This document shows positions 44,686 through 56,400 of a stretch of 64,000 nucleotides of DNA, one piece after another. Position numbers and translations under genes: made by a program. The stretch comes from Sporopachydermia quercuum (lineage: Eukaryota), in contig BCGN01000003.1 of NCBI GenBank assembly GCA_001599295.1, forward strand, positions 1,116,001-1,180,000, given 5' to 3'. How positions within the stretch are numbered: position 1 is the first letter of the stretch; each line of letters opens with the position of its first letter. Below the pieces are notes generated by a model, which made no database searches, had not been told where the DNA came from, and saw nothing but the letters and a program-made list of their open reading frames with translations.

Positions 44686-46770
44686 TTAAAGCTTAAGACC
44701 AACAGATGTTCCCCTCTCTTTGTCCTTTTTAATAGTACCGTCCACATTTCTCTTCTCACCTTTACTATCAATCAGAGTAACATTACCTTTACGTAAACTC
44801 TCAATGGTTTCGCTCTTCTTGCTTTTCTTTTCAGGTCTGTTAGCAAGCTGCTTCTTCTTCTTTCTCTTCTCAGCTCTACGTAATCTTTGCTTATCTTCAC
44901 GAGTCATCTCATTTCTAGATACACTTAAACCACTGGCGAGCTTAACTTCGCCAGTAGCCTTATCAATATTTCTTTTAGAAGAGTAGATTTCTTGGGGAGC
45001 AAGCATTGATTCTGTTGATGCAACAGCAGGTTGAGCATCTTCCATTGTGATTGCTGGAGTATCAGCAACAATCGATAGGCTTTCCTTTGGAGCCTTTGGA
45101 GTAAACTTCCATGAACTCAAAGCATCTAGTTTTGACGATATTGAACTAAATAAATCTTCAATTTCTTTATGAGCAACTTTCAAAGTTTCTGGTANCTCCA
45201 CTTCATTATCATCATTGCCATTCTGTTTACCATCCTCATACAATTCTGCTAGAGATTTATTCGATTTTGTTTCATCCAATTCAAATTTCTTACTTGGTNT
45301 GAAAGTGGGAAGGTCACCAGGTAATCTTCTTGGAATATCATCAAACTCTTCCACTTTGATCCTTCTTCTAATCATTTCTTCCAAAGACTCAGTAACTTCT
45401 TTAGTGATGACGGGAACAGGTTTAGCAGTACGATCAAATTCAAGCTCCTCCTGTAGTAACGAATTTTCAGGCCTATCTTTAGCCTTCACTTCACCTTTTA
45501 AAGTCCACTTTTTAGCTTCTACATTTTCACGTTCTAAACGTTCGATCTCTGCTTGAATTCTTCTTTGCTGTCTCTCAAATCCTGAAATATTTCTATCTTC
45601 TTTATTACTGCCACTATTATCTTCATTATCGCTTTCTTCGACATCTGAAGCGAACAAATCTTTCTTTGCTTCATCCATTGCTACATCATATTCATCTTCA
45701 TCGAACTCTTCCCCTTCAGCAGGATATTCTTCGTTTTTAACAGAAGATCGACCTTTTTGATTCTTTTTATATTTACTATGGAAATTTTTCTTGCCCTTTT
45801 TCTTATCTTTGNCGAAGAAATCATTGTAATACAATTCTTCATCATCATCAGAATCATCAGAACCTTCAGACAATAGGTCTATTTGTTCACCATCAGAGTC
45901 AGAAGTATCATCCTCGTTGTTTTCTGCTGCTAAAATTTGCTTATTGAAATCATCAATAGAAAAGAAACCGTCATTAAGACCGAATTTATCAGGGATTACT
46001 GTACCATCTTCTGTCAATGGTTCATTATCACTATCACTATTACCATCATTATCACTTTCACTACCTTTTTCTTCACTGTCTTGTTCATTAATATCACCGT
46101 CATCATCATATTCTTTTAGCTGTTTTAATGATTTTCCTAGAGGTGCGTCAAAGAAATCATTATACAGATCATTTTCGTCTGACGATTCATTATTCAAATC
46201 TGATGCTAGATAATCGATATCTTCATCATCAGATCCACTAGTTTGTTCGGCTTCCAATACTTGTTTATTGAAATCACCAAGAGAGAAGAATCCATCGTTA
46301 AGACCATATTTATCCTTACTGGTTTTTTCAGTTTCTGCTTTCCTATCCTCTTCACCAATATTGTCATTACCTTCTTCACTATCTACTTCGTCGTCTGAAG
46401 TGATTGGAAGCTCGCTTGCATCATGAAAAGAAATATCTTCATCGCTAGAGCCCTCCGACGACAGTTGAGCATCGTTATCTTCATTAGGACGTTTTCTGTT
46501 TACTCCTTTGACTGGTTTTGACTGAAATTTAGGTATCTCTTCAAACAGTAATTTGTCTACTGCTCCGTCAACTACCATTCGTGCTTGACCCCATACCTGG
46601 GTAGCATCTAATCCATCAATGTAAATCTCTTCCAAAACAGAGTTGTCCTTCACTATTGGATCTAAAAGACTTTTGACTAGTTTTAATGAAGCCTCTTCTT
46701 CCTTATCTCCCATGAGNAGTACACTTTGAGGACTCTTGCCTAGAGCCTCTAATAACAAGTCTTCATTCAT
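44686..46770 (-). CDS. MPP10: U3 snoRNP / SSU processome protein Mpp10
   Basis: Highly acidic N-terminal half; WTLKGEVKAKDRPENSLL, KPVPVITKEVTESLEEMIRRRI, KSLAELYE, LDALSSWKFTPK and LAPQEI. Confidence 0.96.
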   Translation of the reverse strand: MNEDLLLEALGKSPQSVXLMGDKEEEASLKLVKSLLDPIVKDNSVLEEIYIDGLDATQVWGQARMVVDGAVDKLLFEEIPKFQSKPVKGVNRKRPNEDNDAQLSSEGSSDEDISFHDASELPITSDDEVDSEEGNDNIGEEDRKAETEKTSKDKYGLNDGFFSLGDFNKQVLEAEQTSGSDDEDIDYLASDLNNESSDENDLYNDFFDAPLGKSLKQLKEYDDDGDINEQDSEEKGSESDNDGNSDSDNEPLTEDGTVIPDKFGLNDGFFSIDDFNKQILAAENNEDDTSDSDGEQIDLLSEGSDDSDDDEELYYNDFFXKDKKKGKKNFHSKYKKNQKGRSSVKNEEYPAEGEEFDEDEYDVAMDEAKKDLFASDVEESDNEDNSGSNKEDRNISGFERQQRRIQAEIERLERENVEAKKWTLKGEVKAKDRPENSLLQEELEFDRTAKPVPVITKEVTESLEEMIRRRIKVEEFDDIPRRLPGDLPTFXPSKKFELDETKSNKSLAELYEDGKQNGNDDNEVEXPETLKVAHKEIEDLFSSISSKLDALSSWKFTPKAPKESLSIVADTPAITMEDAQPAVASTESMLAPQEIYSSKRNIDKATGEVKLASGLSVSRNEMTREDKQRLRRAEKRKKKKQLANRPEKKSKKSETIESLRKGNVTLIDSKGEKRNVDGTIKKDKERGTSVGLKL

Positions 46771-46982
46771 TACAGAGACAGGATATATGCAATGATTTTG
46801 ATTCTATGCCAAGATGTCGCTTCTATCGAGCCTAATACAGTCAACCCGTACACACATGCAACAGAAGACAGAGGACTACGAGAATAACGTATTAAGAACA
46901 ACTATTCCATGATATTAGCAAAGATTTTTATATTGTAAAGTACATGATAAGTGTATAATGTATGATATCCCAAGCAAATGAA

Positions 46983-47100
46983 TGAAAATTTCACCTCATA
47001 CAAAACATTTTTTTAGTAGTAGAAAGTTACCCGGCCAGTAAAATAGAAACTAGGCTATACAAGATGAGACGTGAGATGTAGTGAGATGTAGTGAGATGAG
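46983..47100. promoter_or_regulatory. Ribosome-biogenesis-type promoter of MPP10: RRPE-like, Reb1 and PAC-like elements
   Basis: TGAAAATTT at 46983, TTACCCGG at 47027-47034, and repeated GTGAGATG(TA) ending in GAGATGAG (47062-47100). Confidence 0.55.
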
Positions 47101-47554
47101 AGGTTAAAGTGGAGATAATATTGCAATATTAGTTCCAATATTGTTGTAAGAAGTATATAATCTCCGATATTCGTAAAGTCGGGCTTATGCAACGAATAAT
47201 CAAATTGATAGCTGGCTGATTGATTTGTTGACTCCACTGCTGTTAAGCAATAGTTATTTGATAATGACAAATAATGGTTCGCTGAATAAATTCTTTCTCT
47301 TTCAATAAATTTAGTTGCCCTTCAATCCACTGACAACTGTAAGAGATCCTCAATAGTTATTCAGTCTATTATGTTGCGGTAGCGTCTTCACATTTAAATT
47401 ATCAATTAAAACATTCTGCAGCTCATTTGAAGCATTAAATAGAGCAAATGACAAATCGTACAATATCAAGAACAGTTTAGCTCAAGAACAGTTCGGCTAT
47501 TAATTTGATGATTCATACACATGTAAACTATGACGTTCTTCCTTTCCACAACCG

Positions 47555-49446
47555 CTATTCCTTTTTCTCAACCATCCTTTCACCTTCAGCGCTATTCTCA
47601 TTTTTCTTATCGCTTACACTTCCTTTTTCCTCTTCAATTGGTACATCAACAGCAATCACACAACAAAGCCACGTCGGTAACCAAACTAATAAAACCAAGG
47701 GGAACGTCCAAACTTTCATTCCAACCCATCCCCATATCAAACCTTGTAAAAACCCCTGAGGACCATTCACCCATTTTACAGATACTACGACAAACCAGAA
47801 AAATGGCGACGATATCGCAAGAAGTATATAATCAACCTTCTTTCCAGCAGAAAACCCAACAAAGCTCATAGGTATAGCAACAGTGCCTATTAACACAGCC
47901 ACAGCAAAATGTAGCATAGCAGCTCCTGTTAGAGCTACACTAAAATATAACAATCCAATTATCTGGAGATATCGAACTTTAGATTTTGAGACTTTCACTC
48001 TTGTTTTCTTCAATAAAATAGGAATTAATGCGCTGCAAATAGCACATCCTATCAGTACTGGTAAAAAGAAGTACCGAGATACTTGCAGAAACACTGCCCA
48101 TATGCCACAACAGAATACGCAAACGCTTGACAGAGCAGCAAGCGCTGGTAATACATCCTTTGTTTGCAAATAATCAGATTGTAGCCACAAAGCAATTGAC
48201 TTTAGAGCAAATGAAGCCGCTATTAATATACCAGGAACAAGATAATTACCAATACTAGTAAATATCTTGGGACCCAATAAAATATAAAAGAAAAATGATT
48301 GATGGAAATGTTCTAATAAATTATTGACAGACCTAAGTAATGCCTCAATAACTCTACCAAAGGTTGTTATATCTGCTGGTCCTTCATTACCAATAGCTTT
48401 GACTGTAATTGCTTGAATTCTCCAACCACTGAATGACTCACAACCAGGGCCCGGTCTTAACCCTGCAAATAATGAATTGAGTAATCCTCTTAATAAAATC
48501 AATACTCTATCAAGGTATCTTTGTCCTTGACTTTCTACCTGCTGAATCGTAACACTCAATCTTTCATGATTGATTATAGAAACAGCTACATTGACCAAAT
48601 CAAGATTTGGTAGTTGACCATTAAGCCCTTCATAATACAATTCAACAGAATCAATGTAATCACTAGTTCCTGGAAAATCCATTATGAAAGCAGCTTCAAT
48701 CGACCCTCCTGTAACGTCTAAAGAAGTATGATAAGCTTCTGCCCAAGCCCTAAGACATATATAAGGATCTCTTGGAAACACTACGATGATATTTTTTGCC
48801 CAAACAGACCATCTTGAAACAAATCTAGCTAAACCCATAGCAAGAGCAACTCCTCCGTTGTTGAATTGACCATCTTTATTGAACCAGGGTGCTACTATAA
48901 GCATTGCTTCAGTATCATCTCCTCTTGGAGCGTGTAATACGCCATAAGGTGTAATACCAGTCAGATTTGATTCCAAATAGCTATAATCCCATTCATGAAC
49001 TCCTGTCTTATATCCTATATTTTTCAACCAGCTGACAATTGTATCTGATCGACTGTTTAGCTCACAGTTAATACTTAAGATTTTATATCTAATATGAAAA
49101 AGATAGTAAACACAACAAAATAAGAACTTGGTTGGTCATTCGTTGTATCATCACCTAAAGCATATACTTACTATTGTTCAGTGGCATCTTCCAACNTATT
49201 AACTTCACCACGATACCCTCGGACAATATTCCATTCGGATTCACGGAAATAACTATAGGCTTGAGAAGGCATTAATGCATTTTCTGAGAAATATGTCCGA
49301 CGGTATTGTCCATCCATTGGTAACCAAAATATCCACGCAATGCCTACAATTGCTACTAGAAATGCAACGTATGAAGAAGATCGGATAAGAAAAGGAAGGA
49401 TACCCATACGGGTAAGCTTCCGTCTTAGAACTTCAACTAGTGACAT
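47555..49446 (-). CDS. GAA1: GPI transamidase subunit Gaa1, 2 exons, 590 aa
   Basis: Exons 49446-49172 and 49052-47555 (GTAAGT...TATTAAC...CAG). Motifs YRRTYFSENALMPSQAYSYFRESEW, APRGDDTEAM, NGQLPNLDLVN and LRSVNNLLEHFHQSFFFY. Confidence 0.96.
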
Positions 49447-50413
49447 TTCTGTATACTGGAAGGGAAATTGAGTAAAAGTAGAGGATGGGCCGAGCTGAAA
49501 TGTACTGAGATCACGGGTACATCCGTATAAGACATCCGAGATTGAGGTTAAGTAAAAGGAAGATCCGTTGTCACATAAAGCTGTTTACTTAGTGGGAGAT
49601 TAATTTCGGAGAAGATGGAGTGACTTNAAACTGTATTATTTCCGTNATAAATGGAAAATGAGTATTATAATAAGATCTCAAAGCATGCAGATATGTACAT
49701 GATTGTACATACCTACAGGAATGAGCTATGGTGATAATGCAATGTTTAGTAGCAGTAACTTACAGGTATAACAGTTTGAAAGAAACTTATTTGATTCAAC
49801 TTAAGAGTTCTTCAAATATTTATATTCTCTTCTTCTATTAATATCAATACCTGCTACAAGCTAATATTAACTCTTTGCCCAAAGCTGCTTATGCTGAAGT
49901 TCTAGCAGTTCACCCTAACATGCATATCTATGCATATTTATACATTGTAACTTCCTATGATCACAGTCTCTTAACAGAGTCTACAACAGCNACGAATATA
50001 AATATAAATAATGTAAATTATCATAATAAAAACCCACAACATTTTTCCTAATGTATAAATAAACCTAAATAACCATACTCCATTGTTTCTCCCATATAAA
50101 TTTGTTCTGTTTCTCACTTGCCATAGCTATAATAGCTCACATACCATACAGTTCACAAATTGGTAGAACACTCAATTTGAAAACATTTAAAAAGTATGAA
50201 TGAGCTTCAAGCTCTTTCAACGTTCAAATCATTCTGCAAGACTTAAAAACATACTCATATTTTCTGACTAATTTCGTAGTTTTCTTGGATTACTTTCATA
50301 ATCAAATCACATAATCAGTAATAAGTATTATCTCCGCTATTCAAAAATATTGGAAAGGATGCTTCAATTAACAACTAATCATTTGACCTTCGCCAAAACC
50401 CAGCTTTTTTCTC

Positions 50414-53400
50414 TTAAAACTCTGCTTTGGAATCAGTTTTCACATCCGTTCTCCCATACGACGCCTGTTCAACTGGAGATCTTCTTGCTCTTGCCTCTTT
50501 CCTTCTCCCTAACGTCGCATGATACTTCCCTTCTGCCTCTTTAACCAACTTCTGCAACCCTACTATCACCACTTGATGAATAGCCCCAGGGAAACTATCT
50601 CTATGTAATCCAAACCATTCTAATGGTGGNGTCGCGTTTCCTAATTCCTTTAGCTGCGGAGGATCAATTCGTGGCTCAGCTATTGGTGAATAAACATACT
50701 TCTTATCTAGTTCTACCTCTTTCAGTTTCTCCTCAATATTAACAGTTTGAAANAATGGAACGTCCTCTTTAGCATCAGAATGCTTCAAAGTAACTAATCG
50801 AGATGACAAGGATTTAGCATAGGTACTCCACATTTCTCTTATAAAGTTAATGGATCCAATATTCCATCGGACTTCTACTTTACCATCAAAACGACTAGAA
50901 AACAGGAAATCAACGTCAAATTTAGGTATTTTCTGCCATGTTTCCATATCAATAACTAGTGATGGAACAAAGAATAAACTGCCTCCATGAGCTTTCTCTG
51001 CCCTGGTTATAAATGCTTCCACAGAGATATTCTCCATATCTTCTTTATCACTGATTATATTATCCGAAGTTTCTGATAATGCAATGTTAACTCTTTGCAG
51101 TTGCATGAACAGTTCATCATGAAGTTTCCCATCCACACATTCTTCAGCAAAACGAGCTTTTATCTCCTGTAAACGAATAACAACAACTTGAGTATCAAGT
51201 AATGAATTTGGATAAATATGAATAAGAACATCCTGAGTTATTTCCAGTGACATTATAATGCTGATCAGCTTCAGAAGTCCTGCTTCTTGAGTTGATGATA
51301 GTCTCTGTAGACTGCGACGTCTGCTGGTAGAAGCAACAGGTAGAGGAGGCGTTGGAAGAGGATTAGTACTGAATGTACTGTTATTACTGAAACTATAACG
51401 ACGATTGAAAGCGGATGATCCAGCTGGAGTTGAAGTTGGATGCGTACTGTCTGGCGTATCAGGAATTATATAAGTAGCATCTTCAAGTACAGCATGATAA
51501 CTTGTTTTATTATCATGTTTCATTCTTTTAATTGTATTGAAGATGTCAAGAAAACTTGCTGTTGCTAAAGCTGTCATGTAGACTTTCACGTATTTGCAAG
51601 TTTGGATGCCGACAAGTCTATCATTTCCGAAATCCAGGGTGAACTGGGAACCGGAAGAGATATTGGATTCGGGATCGAAACCAGGACCGGATTCGAGACC
51701 CAGATCGAAAAAGTCTGAATTGAGGTTTGCATGGAATCCAGTAACATTCGGGTCAGCTTGTTTATGACAGTTCTGATTAAATAATCCGATTTGAAATTCA
51801 TTGATAGCGGCAATAAAGAAATAATGATAATCAAATGAAATCTGGGTTTCAGTGCTACCGACATGTGCCGACAATAAGACTCTCGGTATGTCCACTTCCG
51901 AGGTTCCTTCCGAGGTTCCTTCCGAGGTAGTTTCTTTCTTAGGCCATGACATTGCCGAACTAATCCAGATGTCCTTAACTAACAAAGTTCCGGATAGTCT
52001 TCCTTCGGCGGCGACGTTAACATCGCCAACTCCAAACGCTAAGATTTGTTTATCATCTTGGCTCTTCCGAGAAGAAAGCCACAATCGTTCAATATTTAAA
52101 GTCGACGTACCGAGCGATTGACTGAGATCGGTCCGAACTTCTATATCTAATACGGATAAATCAATTCTCCACGGGAAAGTATACATATCATTAGCTTTAC
52201 GCACACTTTCTGCTAACGAAATTGCCACTGCATCCGGTCGGGTAGGAACGGATGAAGTTTGTCTTCCAGATTTTCTCGGAGGTCGCCAAATATCAAAAAA
52301 TAAGTCTAAATCCTGTGCTTGTTGCATATTGATCCAAACCTTAACTTTATCACCGGAAGTGATTATCCCGGCGTGTTTTCCTGAACCTCGCCAAATTGCT
52401 GCAACGGTTAAATCCTCAATTGAAACTGATCCAGAAGTATCTCGGGAATAAATATGTTTTAAGCTTCCCGACAGCTGTTTTAAGTTCACAGAACCCATAA
52501 TCTCGATTCTTCTGTCTGGCTTATTCCGGACCGAGAATAACATGTCTAGTTTGGAGTATCCGATATCGGCTATAATTTTAGCTGTGGGTTCACATGATAA
52601 AAGAATTTCCTGACTTCCGGTTTGAAAGCCGAGGTTCATATCGATTCCATGCAGAAACTCGGGTAAATCAGAAGCACTGTTTCCGGAACCATTCTTCANT
52701 ACTTTCGGAGCCTTATTTATCCTATTTAACCTTGTTTGCTTCATCCGAGCTTCATCTTGCCGCTTAATTACCGTCATTAGGTTGTTAAACATTTGCACGG
52801 TAGGAATGACGCAAGCAGGAGTTAATGAATTCCGAGACGGAGATATTCCAATGTTAATATTGAGTAACTTACCCTTCGAGCCTGTCGGATCGGTTTGGAA
52901 CATTGTTGATATCCGGACTGCAGGTGCCTGCATCACTGCACATGGAGCCAAGGGAGTTTTGCTACTACTTCGAGTAGAATGTTCCGCAAATTTCCTATCA
53001 AAGGTATGGCTTTCATAAAATTCAATGCAGCCACCTGCGAAAGAGAAAACTCCTTCGAAAACCGAAAAGATAGCAGAAATTCCGGGGGGCATTTTCTTAT
53101 GTTGAGGATCCGAATACATAATGGCTGGTCGTGTGGTATTATAATTTCCAGTATTGCCCACAGGCTTTAATTCCTGTTGGACCAAAGGATATTTCAATAA
53201 TAACGTATCAATGGCCAATTTAACTTCCGATATTGACACCATTATATTATCAATTAACAACGGAACACATGATAATAATATAACCCTTAATTGTTCACCA
53301 GTAACATCAACTTTAACCTTCCTATTTGACCCGCTGCCCTCGGAAACAAACATTAGTATCATTTCCGGTAATATTGCTGCATCTCGGATCAATGTCCGAT

Positions 53401-56400
53401 CTCGGATATGAAATGTACTTGATAATTCGCCTCCAGCAATAGTTAAGAACGATTCCACTAAAGTAAGTTTAGCAATGTTCCGCTCGGCAACAATATAAAC
53501 CTTGTCACAACCTAAAATCACTCCTGGATATAACGCGTACCTCGGGTCATCGAAGATCCATCCGAAACAAACGTCTAAGAATAATACATGCACAGAAACG
53601 GAGTTGTATAAATCAGAGAAGAAATTATCTGAGCTGTGACGTTCCGGAGCGAACGCTGGAAGCGAATTTGGTATAGTTTCCGGTTCTCCTTTGGAACCAA
53701 TGGAAATGATATTCATCACAGTAACAGCACACTGCCCATAAGTAGTTAAGAATTCCGTTAACAGGGTTCGGCAAGCTGAAACCCAAAGATGATCACATTG
53801 GACTTGGATTGATTTTCGAGTTGTAGGATCATCCGAGACCGAGTTTTCTACCCGAAGCTTAACTGTGAAGTCCAAATACTCCTGGAGTGACTCTGGAACC
53901 AATTCGCTATCAATTAGGGCAACAGTTCTTGGGAAAGACGCGGTACCATAAACTGATACCTCGCGAATAGATGGTTCCGAAGAATCGGACGAGTTTCCTG
54001 ATTTTGATTGGGAGACAAAGTTTGAGCCTGAGAATAAAGTTTCCACAGATCTAATAACGTATTCCGATTTACCCACAAATACCAGTATATTGAATATATT
54101 GACTCCAGCNACAATGGAGTACAACAGTTTCCGAGATTTAAGAGCTGAAGGAGTAGGTTCAGGCTTCAGTTCCGATTTAGCCATATATTTAAATTTCCCG
54201 GTTTCTTCCGAAATAACCTTCTTTCTAACCTTGTTCACCACCATTTTCACACGTTCTTCTTCTTTCCTCATTATTTCCAGATTCTCTTCGACATACTTTA
54301 ATGTATATATTAATTCTGGAATTATTAACTGGCATTCCGATAATTCCAGGCGACCAATTAAAATATCATTCCAGTCCTCGGGCCGAGATTTCACAAAAAT
54401 ACCAAGCTCTTCTAATATTAGTTCCGCCAACGGAAAATTTTCTTTGCTCTGGACTCGATTCCGATTCTGGTTCCGATTCCGGGTGCGCTCTGCTGGTTTA
54501 ACTAGCTGGAATTTAAGTCTTTCAAACCAAAAACTGCAAAACCAAAGCTCGGCAGCAGAAACAACTTGGAAATCGACTTCCGATTGATCTAAAATCAGGT
54601 TCAAGGTTTCACTGAGCTTAAATTCACCTCGTATGATGTTGCAAGATAGATAAGTGAATGATTTCCGAACGTAAGGAATAGCGGAAAGGATAGAACTTCT
54701 TCTTGTAGAACCGGAGAAAGAGGCGGAAGGGGAAAGAGTAGCGACGCTCAAATTGCCACCGCTCACTCTTTTTCCTGTTATTCTGGTTGTTTCCGATTGG
54801 ATAATATAATCAAGAAACCCGAATAACTCAGAATCAATAAGTTCATCGGCAGTACGGAGTAAAGCCATCAGTGTACCCTGTAATAGGACACTTTGTACTG
54901 TAGGACGGAAGTCCAATTGCAGGCCTAAATCGCCGAGCCAACCGAGACAAAAGCAGTCCGATTCGGTTAATTGCACTAGAAGAGCGGTCTCCTGCATCCT
55001 AATTCTCCCGCTCTCGGCAACCCCTAGTTGTGCTTTCATTAATTTACACGAAAATGATAGATTTAAAGCAGTTGGTGAACCGTGTGCAATGGAGAAAGTT
55101 CCTGTTTGTAGGATATCCTCGGCAATGAACTGTAGCATAACGTCACCAGTGCAAAATTTGAGATCGACATTGCATAATAATACGGCAGCTACACATTCCG
55201 AAGTTTTTGATAAAGAGGAAAATATATCGCCGATAGTTGTTGCTGTTGTTTCCGGTTTATCACATATCGTCTCCGAGATATCTGATTCTCGTTTACTATT
55301 TCGTCCGTTAACATATTCCATTACTTCCGTAATCAGCCTCAACGATACCATACCTATCCGACAGGCAATACCACCAATTGTAACGGATAAATGATCCTTG
55401 TCTTCGGAAAATGTTGGTTTTACTGCTAAATGTGATGTATCATATCCAATGGAAACGGAATCTATACGGATATAATCTTCATTATCAGATGCTATGCATC
55501 GGATAATAAAACTGTCCGTTCGGAAGTCCATTCCTCCCAAATCTCCCCCAGTTTTATCAAATTTACCGAACATAGGAAATACCATCTGAAAGAAGAAATT
55601 ATTTCCAATATCAACAAACTCCCAGCTCCTCCATCGGGAGAAAATATTCTGTACTTCAAGGGCTTGCGCTTCCCCGATCTCGGGACAAGATTCCACCCGG
55701 TGTAGAAGATCTCGGGAGTAACTTTCGGGTAAGCTTTGCATAACGTGTCTTATTCGGGTAATTATTTTCCAACTGTCATTACTTCGGATATGATTCGGAG
55801 AAGACCGGATAATATATGAAGGTTTAGTCAAAGCGGTCGGATCATGTTCAATATTGCATTCAGCCGAGGCTTTTGACAACACATAAACTACTGCTGCTTT
55901 CCGTTGTTGCCGAGATTTTCCTAATTTGGTCAGCCGATTAGACCATCTGGCTACCGAATCAAGTAACAATTGCCCACCCCGGATAATAAACGGGGTCTTC
56001 TCCATATGCACAGTAATTTCTGAGCTTTTGATCCGAGAAAAATACACCGAAAGATCGGATGAATGAATTCCGAATTCGATATCTTCCAATTGTACTTCTC
56101 CGCCTGTCGGATCGTCGAAAAGCAGTGATTGTGATTTATTACTTTTCTTTTCTAATAGGGTAATTATGATTTCATTGATTCCGATTGCAGCATCAAATAA
56201 TTCCGAGCGGTTCTCTAATGCGTTCCGAGCGGTCCATAAATCCGCCGAGCAGGCCTTCTGAGTTAATTTATCTCCAAAAACCACCGAGAATCCTTTTCCG
56301 GAAAGAGTGAGATGGTCACAGAGCTGAGCGGCATCATCTCCGAGTACGGAATAAGGTTCCGAAACGTTAAATTGGCCATATTTGATGCATACTGAGGAAC

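Noticed and set aside
11246..49173. Apparent premature stops ending ORF-track fragments (e.g. 11246, 13036, 49171)
   Set aside because: Each coincides with or follows a GTATGT/GTAAGT donor and is removed by splicing. No readthrough or recoding is needed.
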